From positions 1 through 51,955 of IMG/VR virus record IMGVR_UViG_3300037297_000097: a DNA stretch of 51,955 bases. The stretch is one strand, 5' to 3'. Both the position numbers and the translations under genes were made by a program. The notes under the pieces are model-generated. The model saw nothing but the letters and a program-made list of their open reading frames with translations, had not been told where the DNA came from and made no database searches. The DNA comes from a virus. This document shows positions 8,667 to 17,608 of the stretch, piece by piece; positions within the stretch are counted from its first letter, which is position 1, and each line of letters starts with the position of its first letter.

Positions 8667-8843
8667 ATGAACGAACAGATCGACCAATTGGAATCGGAAT
8701 TAAAACGGCATCGTGAGGCAATGCAACTGATTGTCCAGATATGCAAGCGTATGGAGGAATTGACTATCAGTGTTTTAGCACAATCCGATCTAAGGTCAAT
8801 ACGACAAATCGCTGAGCAATATAGCCAGAAAAACAACTCATGA
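8667..8843 (+). CDS. Hypothetical small coiled-coil protein
   Basis: Start moved from 8598 to ATG 8667 just after a family A repeat (GAAGGAG SD). Confidence 0.5.
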   Translation: MNEQIDQLESELKRHREAMQLIVQICKRMEELTISVLAQSDLRSIRQIAEQYSQKNNS

Positions 8844-8883
8844 TACCGGGCATACGGTGAGACGTAGTGAAGGAGTGCAAGGG

Positions 8884-9075
8884 ATGAAACCATATCGCAA
8901 TTTACTTCACGCGCTGTATTCCGAGTATCAAGAGTGTTTGATGAGCGGATCAGACGCACTGTTTATGCGACAAGTCCGGGCCATCGAAAAGGCACTACAC
9001 AAAGACGGCATTTCGCAGGCGACTATTGACGCAGTTAAACGCATGGCGGCTAAGCGTGGGTTGTCGTTGCTGTAA
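8884..9075 (+). CDS. Hypothetical protein
   Basis: Start moved from 8857 to ATG 8884 after a family A repeat. Confidence 0.5.
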   Translation: MKPYRNLLHALYSEYQECLMSGSDALFMRQVRAIEKALHKDGISQATIDAVKRMAAKRGLSLL

Positions 9076-9126
9076 TTAACTCGTGATGTCGGGCTTATCG
9101 ACCAGTAACCATAGGAGGTTAGGACG

Positions 9127-9333
9127 ATGAATCTGTTAAATGTTTCAAAAGGATGGCAGTGCCCAGTATGCGGCAAGGTGTGGTCGCCATCGATTCCATA
9201 CTGCGATTGCCACAAAAAACGTTATAACATATCTGGGCCAACCGGTGATTGGAGCAGGTATACGTATAACGTTTGGTATACGAAGGATGGGCAAGCGGCC
9301 CTGTACGAATATCGGGCATACGGTGAGACGTAG
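9127..9333 (+). CDS. Small Zn-ribbon protein
   Basis: CPVC...CDC motif; preceded by a family B repeat; its 3' end reads through a family A repeat. Confidence 0.55.
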   Translation: MNLLNVSKGWQCPVCGKVWSPSIPYCDCHKKRYNISGPTGDWSRYTYNVWYTKDGQAALYEYRAYGET

Positions 9334-9349
9334 TGAAGGAGCTAGATCA

Positions 9350-9673
9350 ATGTATTGTACATGCCTCGAAAGAGACCTAAGAACTGCATACAGCGTTGAG
9401 GAACGCGGGGATACAATCTATTGCGCTCGATGCAATCGAGAGATTGATCCTGATTCGCTATCTTCAGACGAATCCGCAAAATGTGAAGTGGATTTCTGGA
9501 AAGCGCAGTATCGCGACTTTGTTCAGGCTGTATGGAAAATGGTTGAATGTGATGGCCCATACGAATACCCTGGGCAGGTTTTACGCTATCTGGAGCAGGA
9601 TATTACAGGATACAAGCGTAAGGTAGCTGAATTAGAGAGTAAGCTCCAAACGCTTGATGACATCCCGTTTTAG
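9350..9673 (+). CDS. Hypothetical protein with Cys motifs
   Basis: Start moved from 9140 to ATG 9350 after a family A repeat; CTC...CARC motif. Confidence 0.55.
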   Translation: MYCTCLERDLRTAYSVEERGDTIYCARCNREIDPDSLSSDESAKCEVDFWKAQYRDFVQAVWKMVECDGPYEYPGQVLRYLEQDITGYKRKVAELESKLQTLDDIPF

Positions 9674-9718
9674 TAGTGATATCGGGCTATCGACCAGTAA
9701 CCACAGGAGGCTAGGACG

Positions 9719-9937
9719 ATGGAATACAATAACCAATGCGATAAGTGTGAGCATATTCTAGACGATGACGGGAAATGTTGGTATTGCGCGATGCAAGAAT
9801 ATTACAAACTGGTGTTGAGGTCGGGGTTTATGTGTCGAAGTATATTGACGCCAATAGTTGAGAGACCAATGCGGCGCAAACCAAAACCATTCGAGAATTT
9901 CATAGAAAACGAACTCGACATGAATGGTCTACAATGA
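9719..9937 (+). CDS. Small Zn-ribbon protein
   Basis: CDKC...CWYC motif; preceded by a family B repeat. Confidence 0.55.
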   Translation: MEYNNQCDKCEHILDDDGKCWYCAMQEYYKLVLRSGFMCRSILTPIVERPMRRKPKPFENFIENELDMNGLQ

Positions 9938-10260
9938 CCCGCCTAACCCTACTCGCACTCATCCTACTCGCCGCCTGCACCGCGCCAGAGCCGACGCCGA
10001 CGCCTGAAATCATCTGTGTACCGCATTCATGGGCGCGGGTTTTAGAGACGACGGGCCTGTATCTCACACCCACGCATACAGCGCGAATTGGCACGATTGA
10101 CGCGGGGATAGATGTACTGTTTCGGTCAGGGTATGACGCGGTAGCGGGTATGCGTGAAATTGCGCTGGCAACTGAACCTCTGGCGTGGTCTTGGTGGGGC
10201 TGGATCGATGTTGACGTATTGCCGCCAGATTGCCGCGTCAAGCCGCCGAGGTATCCGTGA
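9934..10260 (+). CDS. Putative lipoprotein
   Basis: Signal peptide with lipobox LLAAC followed by a PT-rich linker. Confidence 0.6.
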   Translation: MTRLTLLALILLAACTAPEPTPTPEIICVPHSWARVLETTGLYLTPTHTARIGTIDAGIDVLFRSGYDAVAGMREIALATEPLAWSWWGWIDVDVLPPDCRVKPPRYP

Positions 10261-10298
10261 ATTGAGACTAGCGATTCTACAAACATAGGAGGTGAGAC

Positions 10299-10622
10299 AT
10301 GCCGACGATGCTTGAATGGGTACAAGAGGAAATTGAGAGACTCCGGCAGTGGATGGAAAAAAACGGTCAACTGCCACCATACAATCGCCAGCGACTAACA
10401 GAGCTTGAGGTAGAGGTTGAATGGTACGAAACCAATGAAGTGCGGCCATGCTGGACTGTTGAGAACCTGTTTGACCGTCCGGTGATTTATGTTGAGGATG
10501 GCGCGTGGAACGACTGGCTCGATACTCTCGATATTGATGAGGAATGGCGCGAGTCAATCACCGTGACCGAGGGCACAATCACCGGGCGAGAAGCTGGCGA
10601 CCTAGATTATTATGAGCCATAG
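10299..10622 (+). CDS. Hypothetical protein, paralog of 44801..45120 on the minus strand
   Basis: SD AGGAGGTGA; shares E(V/I)RPCWTV...VTVTEGTI(T/S)GR(E/D)AGDL with the 44801 product. Confidence 0.6.
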   Translation: MPTMLEWVQEEIERLRQWMEKNGQLPPYNRQRLTELEVEVEWYETNEVRPCWTVENLFDRPVIYVEDGAWNDWLDTLDIDEEWRESITVTEGTITGREAGDLDYYEP

Positions 10623-10694
10623 GCGTAGCTTGCGATAACGATGATTATGCACACTCTTCATAAATCCTCTACGCAACAGTGCGCGCTACTCGCA

Positions 10695-10700
10695 TATAAT
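10695..10700 (+). promoter_or_regulatory. -10 element TATAAT in a cassette homologous to the 3898 promoter (weak -35)
   Basis: CGCATATAATAGGA is shared with 3915-3929. Confidence 0.4.
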
Positions 10701-10738
10701 AGGACTATCGTAGAGTTGAGTAGTGACTGAGGATTGAC

Positions 10739-11020
10739 ATGATAGACTATGCCGAGTTGACCGAACAGGAACGCGAATTACTGACCCGCTACCGTACCAT
10801 CGTCTGGAAAATCACCCAACTGGTTGATCTACTGGATCGCGGTGAGATGACGCGCGATGAATATGCGTCCAATCGCGACAACCGCGACAAGGAACTTGAC
10901 GCCATGCACATCGAGGCTGCACAAGCCGGGTTTGACCGCGCCACGCAGAAATGGCTTGAAGATCGGTTCGTCCTGGATTACCGCGATGCACAGCGCAAAA
11001 CCGGCGTCAACGTTCACTAG
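10739..11020 (+). CDS. Hypothetical protein
   Basis: SD GAGGATTGAC before the ATG; 93-aa ORF. Confidence 0.55.
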   Translation: MIDYAELTEQERELLTRYRTIVWKITQLVDLLDRGEMTRDEYASNRDNRDKELDAMHIEAAQAGFDRATQKWLEDRFVLDYRDAQRKTGVNVH

Positions 11021-11043
11021 CCGCCAGCCAGCGCGCAGCAGCC

Positions 11044-11066
11044 AAGCCCCGCTAAGGGGCTTTTTT
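11044..11066 (+). terminator. Intrinsic terminator
   Basis: AGCCCC / GGGGCT stem, 5-nt loop, then TTTTTT. Confidence 0.65.
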
Positions 11067-11190
11067 CTTGCGTATGACGCGGGATACCGGATTGCGCCCA
11101 AATCGCCGGAAATAGCCGTTTTCGTGGCGGGAGGGGGTATGCCAGAAATGAACCCCCCAATTATTAGGGGGTGAATTCATGACCAATTGC

Positions 11191-11219
11191 TTGACATATG
11201 TACATATGTGTGGTATATT
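11191..11219 (+). promoter_or_regulatory. Sigma70-type promoter with extended -10
   Basis: TTGACA 11191-11196, 17-nt spacer ending in TGG, TATATT 11214-11219. Confidence 0.6.
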
Positions 11220-11250
11220 AGAGTCAACGATAGGATATAGGAGAAACGAA

Positions 11251-11427
11251 ATGAACTACATCAATGTCAGTGACCGGTACGGTGATGCGGTGGCAGTGAC
11301 CATTGGGGATTATCAGGAATTGAATCCCTCCGGCAATTTTGAGACCCGCCCAGATGGTATCTACGAAGATGGCGAGCAAATTGCGGAACTGATCGAAGAC
11401 GAAGAAGACCCTGACCATTTGAGCTAG
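11251..11427 (+). CDS. Small highly acidic protein
   Basis: Start moved from 11179 to ATG 11251 behind SD AGGAGA; C-terminus ELIEDEEDPD. Confidence 0.5.
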   Translation: MNYINVSDRYGDAVAVTIGDYQELNPSGNFETRPDGIYEDGEQIAELIEDEEDPDHLS

Positions 11428-11489
11428 GCCATTTCCTATCATTAGCAGGGGCGGCGTCACAGCCGCCTCTCATCCGAAATGAGGATCAT

Positions 11490-11678
11490 ATGCGAAAGCC
11501 TGCACGTATCCAGTTATCCGAAGAACACAGCGAAAAGGCGCGGCTTCTGGCGGAAAAACTAGAGCAGCGTGGCGAGATCGAACGCTATCATACCGCTTAT
11601 GTGCCAATTAATCGTGCGATTGAATGGTTGATCGACCAGTTTCTAGAAGACAGCGTGAATCAAAAAGCGGCGCGGTAA
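11490..11678 (+). CDS. Hypothetical small protein, possibly RHH-like
   Basis: SD GAGGA; 62-aa ORF; last gene of the rightward arm. Confidence 0.45.
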   Translation: MRKPARIQLSEEHSEKARLLAEKLEQRGEIERYHTAYVPINRAIEWLIDQFLEDSVNQKAAR

Positions 11679-11708
11679 GAGGAGAGGGGTCAAACTCCAT
11701 ACCGCGCC
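11662..11708 (-). terminator. Intrinsic terminator at the end of the late operon (between convergent arms)
   Basis: 9-bp stem GGCGCGGTA 11669-11677 / TACCGCGCC 11700-11708; on the minus strand it is followed by GC then TTTTT. Confidence 0.55.
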
Positions 11709-11733
11709 GTGCGAAGTGGGCAAGAGGTGGGGG

Positions 11734-12936
11734 TTATAGCAGATGGCGCTTGTGCCCAAAACCCGGTGTACCCATCGCGCGAGCCTTGTTGTATCCCAAC
11801 GCAACGGCCACGTTTGCAATCGTGCCACCGAAGATGTACGGGCCGACCAGATCAACCAATTTGGTAACGAACTCCACAACTTCACGCAAAGCACTGTCGT
11901 ATTCTAGTTCCACCGCCAGCCCATGCGCGGCGAAGAAGAAGGCCACCAAGACAACGGCCAGGACTTGCGGACTGGGACGTAATTTTTCGGGCAGATACCC
12001 CGCCACGAACCGCTTCCACAATTCGACCAGCAAAATAATCAGACTGCCGGTATAGGCCACTGCTGACACACCCGGCAACGCGAATAGTGCTTCCAGAAAT
12101 TCAATGATTTCCATACTTTCCTCACTCTCAGTTTCAATTGTCAGAACAGCGTTACTATGGCGTGTCAACGGGATAACTACGTCGTCGCCGTAGTCATCGG
12201 GCACGCGCTGTAATTCGATATCGGTCAGAACGAATGACCCGCCAATGGTGCGATGAATGATGTCAACGCGGAAGCTATCGAGCAGGAGCGTTCCAACATC
12301 ATTCTGGATAACACCTAGCAACAATTCTACGTTTTGTCCATAGCGCGGGAACGGCACAGAATAGGTGCTGGCACTACGGCCATCTGAGGTCTGGAAATAG
12401 GCATAGGCCGAGATGTTCCAGTCATACCACACCCCCGATGCGACGTACTCCGGCAGACTAGCCGCCTGCGCTGTGGGCAGCGGCGCTAGATCAATCCAGT
12501 CGAGCTTGAGCAGGTAAACATAGCGGCCAGCGGGTAGCCAGTACATCGACTCGGTGGCGATATCGTAACCGAACCCAGATCGATATTCAACAGCATAACC
12601 GTCGCCGTCTAATGGTCGCCCGATGTTATCGACCTCGAAAATAAAATCACCCGTTTCGCCAACATTCAGGATGTGGGGGGCTGTCCCTTTAGCGGTTTGT
12701 CCGGCGTAGACATACCCCGCTGGCACAACCACATCGCGCGGATCATTGCCCTCTATTGAGGCCGAAACATGCTGCATATGAAACGGTGCAGACAGGTCAC
12801 TATTGGGATTGACCGGCTCAAAATAGATGACCGTCGGGTCTGGTGTTGGCGTCGGTGACGGTGTGGGAGTAACGGTGGGATCGCCCGTACACGCTGCTAT
12901 CAGCAGCATGAGCGTAATTAGCATAATACGTTTCAT
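11734..12936 (-). CDS. Lipoprotein with a C-terminal three-TM holin-like region
   Basis: Lipobox LIAAC and PT-rich linker at the N-terminus; three hydrophobic helices in the last ~125 aa, after an internal Met (MEIIEF). Confidence 0.6.
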   Translation of the reverse strand: MKRIMLITLMLLIAACTGDPTVTPTPSPTPTPDPTVIYFEPVNPNSDLSAPFHMQHVSASIEGNDPRDVVVPAGYVYAGQTAKGTAPHILNVGETGDFIFEVDNIGRPLDGDGYAVEYRSGFGYDIATESMYWLPAGRYVYLLKLDWIDLAPLPTAQAASLPEYVASGVWYDWNISAYAYFQTSDGRSASTYSVPFPRYGQNVELLLGVIQNDVGTLLLDSFRVDIIHRTIGGSFVLTDIELQRVPDDYGDDVVIPLTRHSNAVLTIETESEESMEIIEFLEALFALPGVSAVAYTGSLIILLVELWKRFVAGYLPEKLRPSPQVLAVVLVAFFFAAHGLAVELEYDSALREVVEFVTKLVDLVGPYIFGGTIANVAVALGYNKARAMGTPGFGHKRHLL

Positions 12937-12944
12937 GTGGACTC

Positions 12945-13685
12945 CTAGAGATGCTCAATAAGAAATTGAATGAACGCACCGGCAATGCCCGACAATCCTA
13001 TGCCAATAAGTTTGGCCTTTGCTGAAAGACCGTCGTACTTTTTACCTGTTTCAACCAGGCTGGCCCAAAATTGTTTACGGCGCTGCCGTTGGCGATGGTC
13101 ACTTTCCAGAATTTCAAGGCGTTCGTGATGACGTATCTGGTTGCCAGCAATGCGATCCAGCGTCGTCTTGATGTCCAATTGCATCGTTGAGATGGCATCG
13201 GTGATACGATCTACCACCGATGTAGGGGCGTTAGGGTCATTTGTGCCCATGATGTCAACCCTCAACTGTTTACTGAATTGTAACGCCGCTGTGCCTTCTG
13301 CATGGGCAATCGCTACCTTTTCCAGCAGGGTATCGTCCTGCCGTTCCAGCGCAACAATATCAGTGCGATTGTGCTCGGCCATCTTTTCAATACCCTCGAA
13401 TTTGGTGGTTAGTGTCGTTGTGAGAGCGTCAATTTTGGTATTGATATTTTCGAAAAACGGCCTCATCTGTTTGGCAATAGTTTCCCTCACCAAATCCTGA
13501 ACCCCTGTTTTTGTTGGGGTATCCTCAAGCCGCTTTTCATGGTCAGATAGTGCCGATTTTACATCCTGGGCAATTTCTTCCATACGCGCCATAAACGGTT
13601 GCACCGCTACGGACACTTCCGCCTGAATCACTGCTACAACAGCCGAATCCAGTTCGACCTTCTGGGTTGTGTTGTCATCATTCAT
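12945..13685 (-). CDS. Coiled-coil protein with a C-terminal membrane anchor
   Basis: Heptad-like acidic helical sequence; the C-terminal LIGIGLSGIAGAFIQFLI is hydrophobic. Confidence 0.55.
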   Translation of the reverse strand: MNDDNTTQKVELDSAVVAVIQAEVSVAVQPFMARMEEIAQDVKSALSDHEKRLEDTPTKTGVQDLVRETIAKQMRPFFENINTKIDALTTTLTTKFEGIEKMAEHNRTDIVALERQDDTLLEKVAIAHAEGTAALQFSKQLRVDIMGTNDPNAPTSVVDRITDAISTMQLDIKTTLDRIAGNQIRHHERLEILESDHRQRQRRKQFWASLVETGKKYDGLSAKAKLIGIGLSGIAGAFIQFLIEHL

Positions 13686-13793
13686 AGCGAGGTGTCCTGT
13701 GTTATACTGATTTCAGGTGTCATACGATAGCCTCCTATCTGTGACACTTAGACAGTGCCCGCCTCCCCTTGACGCGGGTACTGTCGCGTTGGG

Positions 13794-14213
13794 TTAATTG
13801 CCCTGTAAATCAGGACAAATGTGATTGCGTAAATACATAATCGCTTTCGCCATTGCCTTGAGTGCCGTCTTCGCACTGGCTAAATCAGTAACATTGTTTT
13901 CGATCCATGTTTCAGCTTCCGCCCCCGTCCATGATGCCCACCCAGGCAATGCCGTAAAATCATCACATGCCCCCGATTGTACCACTTCAACCATCTCTTG
14001 ACTAGCCACCGCGTCTAACACGGTTGCTAACGCTGAGAGAAGTTCAGGTTCGGTAGGTTCATCATATGTCGGATCGCCCGTACTCCACACCGACAACAGC
14101 GATGCAATACTCCCTGGATCACCTTTGACAATGACACCAATATCAGGATAGATTTCTTTGATTACCAGCGACCAATTTGCGGTTAACGCATCGAGTTCTT
14201 GTTGTGTTGCCAT
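13794..14213 (-). CDS. Hypothetical protein downstream of the tail fibre
   Basis: 139-aa ORF abutting the upstream stop. Confidence 0.5.
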   Translation of the reverse strand: MATQQELDALTANWSLVIKEIYPDIGVIVKGDPGSIASLLSVWSTGDPTYDEPTEPELLSALATVLDAVASQEMVEVVQSGACDDFTALPGWASWTGAEAETWIENNVTDLASAKTALKAMAKAIMYLRNHICPDLQGN

Positions 14214-15644
14214 TTAGATTTTCTCCAAGCGAATGGTCATATAGACTTCGTTTGTACCATCACCGACGGCCAAGCCAAGTCCGTCATTAGCGCGTACCGT
14301 TACGGTGTAATGGTCAATGCGATACGCATCTGTACCATTAGCTGTAAATTTTGTACACAGTACAGCGGTTGAAGTCGTCGCCCCGGCTGATGAAGATTTG
14401 GTATTTAAACCTTCATCAACTGAGGCCGTGCCAGTGACATTATAGAGACGTAATCGGTTTTCGTCTCCCTGATGACAGGGGGCAAAAACAGTAATGATAA
14501 AATCGCCAGCGATAGGCGTGAATTGGTTGGCCGCAATGGTGACAATGTTATCAGGATCATAAACCTCTGTATTGACATCGCGATTATTCCATGTTGTTGC
14601 CGCACATCCCCCGCCGTCTGTGGTTGTCGCCTTTTCATCGCGCAGGATGGCATAGGATATACTAGACCCCCCGGCACTGGTGGTTTCTGTCCACACCGCC
14701 GCGCCGTCCGTATTATCGAGGCAGACATATTCTTTATCGGCTGTTACATCAATCCACCGTGACCCGACAACATATCCCTCATCAATATCGTTATCCGCAT
14801 CGGGAGCAACATTAGCTGTCCAATTGGTTTTGACATTGGATGTTGCGCCCCCCGTAATATGAATAAGGCCATCATAAGCATTCACATCGGCTTCTAATCC
14901 GCCACGCTCATGAGTAATTGTCGTGAGAATGGATGTAGCACCACCGGTAATGAGCGGAATACCATTGGCAGCACTTACATCAGCTTCGAGGCCACCGCGT
15001 TCGTGTGTGAGAGTACCCGCTGCAATTACAGAAGCGTTGAGTGTTCCGCCGTTAGCAGCGTCCGCGTGGGTATGTGTTTTGGTGTTGAGATCGGAAAAAT
15101 CGACTGAGCCTAAATCAATGTCTACTTCGTCATCGCCCACATCGTCCGTAACGGTAATTTTGGCGCTGCCGGCGTTGATTTTCTTGAACTCTAAATCCAC
15201 ACCGGTTTTCTGTTTAAAGACGCCCACACCCGCCGTACCGACGTTGCTGGCGGTATTGGCCTCACCATCAGAGATAGCCGCCTTTGCTGCTTTAGTCGTT
15301 GTGTAATTGCTACCATCCCATATAAACACCGTCCAGGCGTCGGTTGCCAATACAAAATCGGTATCATCGGGCAGGTCAATGTTATCCTGACCGTGCCTTA
15401 CTGTAATAGTATCACCCGACTTGCCCTTGAGATAAACAAATGGGTGATAATCCGTGCCGTCAAGTGACAAGGTTGTATAGCCGTTGGTGATGGTATCGAG
15501 ATTATCAGCACCGCCGCCATTGGCCGCAACCGTGTGGAAAAACCCCGTAACGGTAATTGCACCCCCGGCGGTGATTTCTAATTCTGTAGTTGCAACCAGG
15601 GCCAAAGCAGGCAAACGCGATGTAGCGCTCATAAATTCGTCCAT
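14214..15644 (-). CDS. Tail fibre / receptor-binding protein
   Basis: Position in the tail module; tandem ~31-aa repeat containing THERGGLEADV; alternative ATG at 15632 gives an ATGA overlap. Confidence 0.6.
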   Translation of the reverse strand: MDEFMSATSRLPALALVATTELEITAGGAITVTGFFHTVAANGGGADNLDTITNGYTTLSLDGTDYHPFVYLKGKSGDTITVRHGQDNIDLPDDTDFVLATDAWTVFIWDGSNYTTTKAAKAAISDGEANTASNVGTAGVGVFKQKTGVDLEFKKINAGSAKITVTDDVGDDEVDIDLGSVDFSDLNTKTHTHADAANGGTLNASVIAAGTLTHERGGLEADVSAANGIPLITGGATSILTTITHERGGLEADVNAYDGLIHITGGATSNVKTNWTANVAPDADNDIDEGYVVGSRWIDVTADKEYVCLDNTDGAAVWTETTSAGGSSISYAILRDEKATTTDGGGCAATTWNNRDVNTEVYDPDNIVTIAANQFTPIAGDFIITVFAPCHQGDENRLRLYNVTGTASVDEGLNTKSSSAGATTSTAVLCTKFTANGTDAYRIDHYTVTVRANDGLGLAVGDGTNEVYMTIRLEKI

Positions 15645-16540
15645 TCTCCCTGTACAGTAAATTCACCCTGTACGGTTAAATCAAAGGTGATTTGCTGGTG
15701 TGTATCCCGTATCAAAATCGCCTGCCCCGCTGCAATCGGATTCGGGAAGCCATAGACGCGCGGCGCGTTCAGGAATTGCCGCAAATCCAACGTTTCATCA
15801 TTGACATCTATCGACGCCTGATTGTCGGCCAGCGTGTACAGCTTCAGCGGTGTAAATTCGTTGTGAGGCAGTTGGTCGAAACATTCTTGTATGTCGGTAT
15901 CATCGAGATCGGTAGTGATAACCTGCGCGGTGCTGGCGTAGACCGCATTTGTTTGCAGATAGGTGTCCCAAAAATGTACCGCATAACAATGATATCCGGC
16001 GGCGGGGATGTAGGACGCCAAATCAGGCTTGCTGGCGGCGGCGGCTGTGCCCTGCGTTTCGTGCGTGATGATACCGGCGTCGTCAGCAAAGAACGGAATT
16101 TCCCGGCGCGTGATTTTCGTACTGAGTTCGCCAGCCCAACCAACTGCCGCCGATAACCCCCGCGCAACCCACTTTAGATACACCCATTTAGAGCGCTTGG
16201 CATTGGGATTGAATGCCGTACTGTCTACATCAACACGCTCACAATAGTCTGGCGTGAGTTCTTTGATTGTTAACACGCCGTCTTTAGGGTGACGATAAAC
16301 CTCGACTTCAATACCGGGCTGTTCTGGAGGTGCACCGTTGCCCGTATAGCGAAGACGAATCGGTGCACCATAGGCGGTATTCCCTTGCTCATCTGTCCCT
16401 TGCGGTCGCCGTCCCCAGTAGTGACTCGGTGGAGACTGCACAACACCGTTACCATTACCCAACACATAAGTTGTGGTTTCTTGCCGAATTTTCCAGTAAA
16501 CGTATTGTTTAGTGCGTTGTCGCTTAGCGGTTGTGCTCAT
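15629..16540 (-). CDS. Hypothetical tail/baseplate protein
   Basis: Start moved from 16552 to ATG 16540 behind SD GGAG; the longer form would overlap the terminator T-run. Confidence 0.5.
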   Translation of the reverse strand: MSTTAKRQRTKQYVYWKIRQETTTYVLGNGNGVVQSPPSHYWGRRPQGTDEQGNTAYGAPIRLRYTGNGAPPEQPGIEVEVYRHPKDGVLTIKELTPDYCERVDVDSTAFNPNAKRSKWVYLKWVARGLSAAVGWAGELSTKITRREIPFFADDAGIITHETQGTAAAASKPDLASYIPAAGYHCYAVHFWDTYLQTNAVYASTAQVITTDLDDTDIQECFDQLPHNEFTPLKLYTLADNQASIDVNDETLDLRQFLNAPRVYGFPNPIAAGQAILIRDTHQQITFDLTVQGEFTVQGEWTNL

Positions 16541-16553
16541 AGAACTCCACACG

Positions 16554-16578
16554 AAAAAACCCGCACAATGGCGGGCTT
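16554..16578 (-). terminator. Intrinsic terminator after the membrane-protein gene
   Basis: Minus strand reads CCCGC CATTGT GCGGG followed by TTTTTT. Confidence 0.6.
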
Positions 16579-16602
16579 AGGATTGATGGGTTGTGTTGCT
16601 GG

Positions 16603-17553
16603 TCAGTCAGTAGCGGCGCGTTGCGATGTTATCATAGTATCAGGCAATCCAGTCAGTAAAAGCGGAATGGCAATCGGAAACACCGTTAACCACAATCGAA
16701 TTTCATTCCACTGTCCAAAATAGAACGCTACCATACCATAGGCCGGAACCAACCAGATGAGCCGTTTAATACGGCGCGGAATATTCCGATGGACCGCGCC
16801 GACAATCATCAGCAACCACAACGGTAATAGCATGGCATTGTTAATCAATGCGTCATCAAGGAATACCGTGAGTGAACGTGATAAAGCGCGCTCTGGTGGC
16901 GTTGCCATACGCGCCGGGCCAATGATCCATCGTAAACCGAAATAAACCGCCAATGATAACGCCAGATAGCACACAACCGTTTTCCAGTTGCGCCGATTGA
17001 TGCCATACATAGCGACATAGGCTACCGGCAGCAACAATCCGGTTGCTCTGTTTAGGCTCGCCGCTAACACCAATAATCCAAACAACCATGCCATCGACTT
17101 GGGACGTGACGGCAAACGCCACAGTGTCCACAATCCCCACGCCATAAAACAGACCTCAACGGGGGTATAGATCGCCCCATTGTAGGAGTGGCGGAATATC
17201 AGCGACATCGTAACGGCCATGATCGCAACACCGAGCAGCGCCCGTGACGTATCGTGTACCGCTTGCAGCCAGTTGAACAGCATACCATACATGACGCCAA
17301 AGACGACAAGGTGCGCTACCGTATACGCCTGCAAATAGCTGACCAGTGTGTGTAATGGTGTCAATGATTCCACCGCATAGGGTACAAGGATGCGATATTG
17401 AAATGGTGACGTAAACGTTTGGGTGACAGTTTTAATGTGCCAGGAATAGCATGTCTGATGACACACGGCCAGAACATCGTTGATGTAGTAGTAGGTGGTA
17501 AACAGCGTGACAATAACCAGTATCCCGACGATAGGTAACGTATTGCGCTTCAT
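16603..17553 (-). CDS. Polytopic integral membrane protein (8 or more TM helices)
   Basis: Repeated 18-22 aa hydrophobic segments throughout; SD AAAGGAG before the ATG; sits inside the tail gene block. Confidence 0.7.
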   Translation of the reverse strand: MKRNTLPIVGILVIVTLFTTYYYINDVLAVCHQTCYSWHIKTVTQTFTSPFQYRILVPYAVESLTPLHTLVSYLQAYTVAHLVVFGVMYGMLFNWLQAVHDTSRALLGVAIMAVTMSLIFRHSYNGAIYTPVEVCFMAWGLWTLWRLPSRPKSMAWLFGLLVLAASLNRATGLLLPVAYVAMYGINRRNWKTVVCYLALSLAVYFGLRWIIGPARMATPPERALSRSLTVFLDDALINNAMLLPLWLLMIVGAVHRNIPRRIKRLIWLVPAYGMVAFYFGQWNEIRLWLTVFPIAIPLLLTGLPDTMITSQRAATD

Positions 17554-17608
17554 GTTCTACTCCTTTCGTTACCTCCACCCTACACCCAAAATCGACAACA
17601 AAAACCCC

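Larger units (their letters stand above)
8365..9342 (+). repeat. Junction repeat family A, four copies of about 26-30 bp (CGGTGAGACGTAGTGAAGGAG core)
   Basis: Copies at 8365-8390, 8637-8666, 8854-8883 and 9314-9342, each ending 5-8 nt before an ATG. Confidence 0.85.
9083..9721 (+). repeat. Junction repeat family B, two copies of about 46 bp
   Basis: 9083-9129 and 9676-9721: GTGATRTCGGGCT(T)ATCGACCAGTAACCAYAGGAGGYTAGGACGATG. Confidence 0.85.

Noticed and set aside
13751-13785. 12-bp inverted repeat (GACAGTGCCCGC / GCGGGTACTGTC) as a terminator between late genes
   Set aside because: On the transcribed minus strand the stem has an A-C mismatch and no following U-run. It is probably not a terminator.
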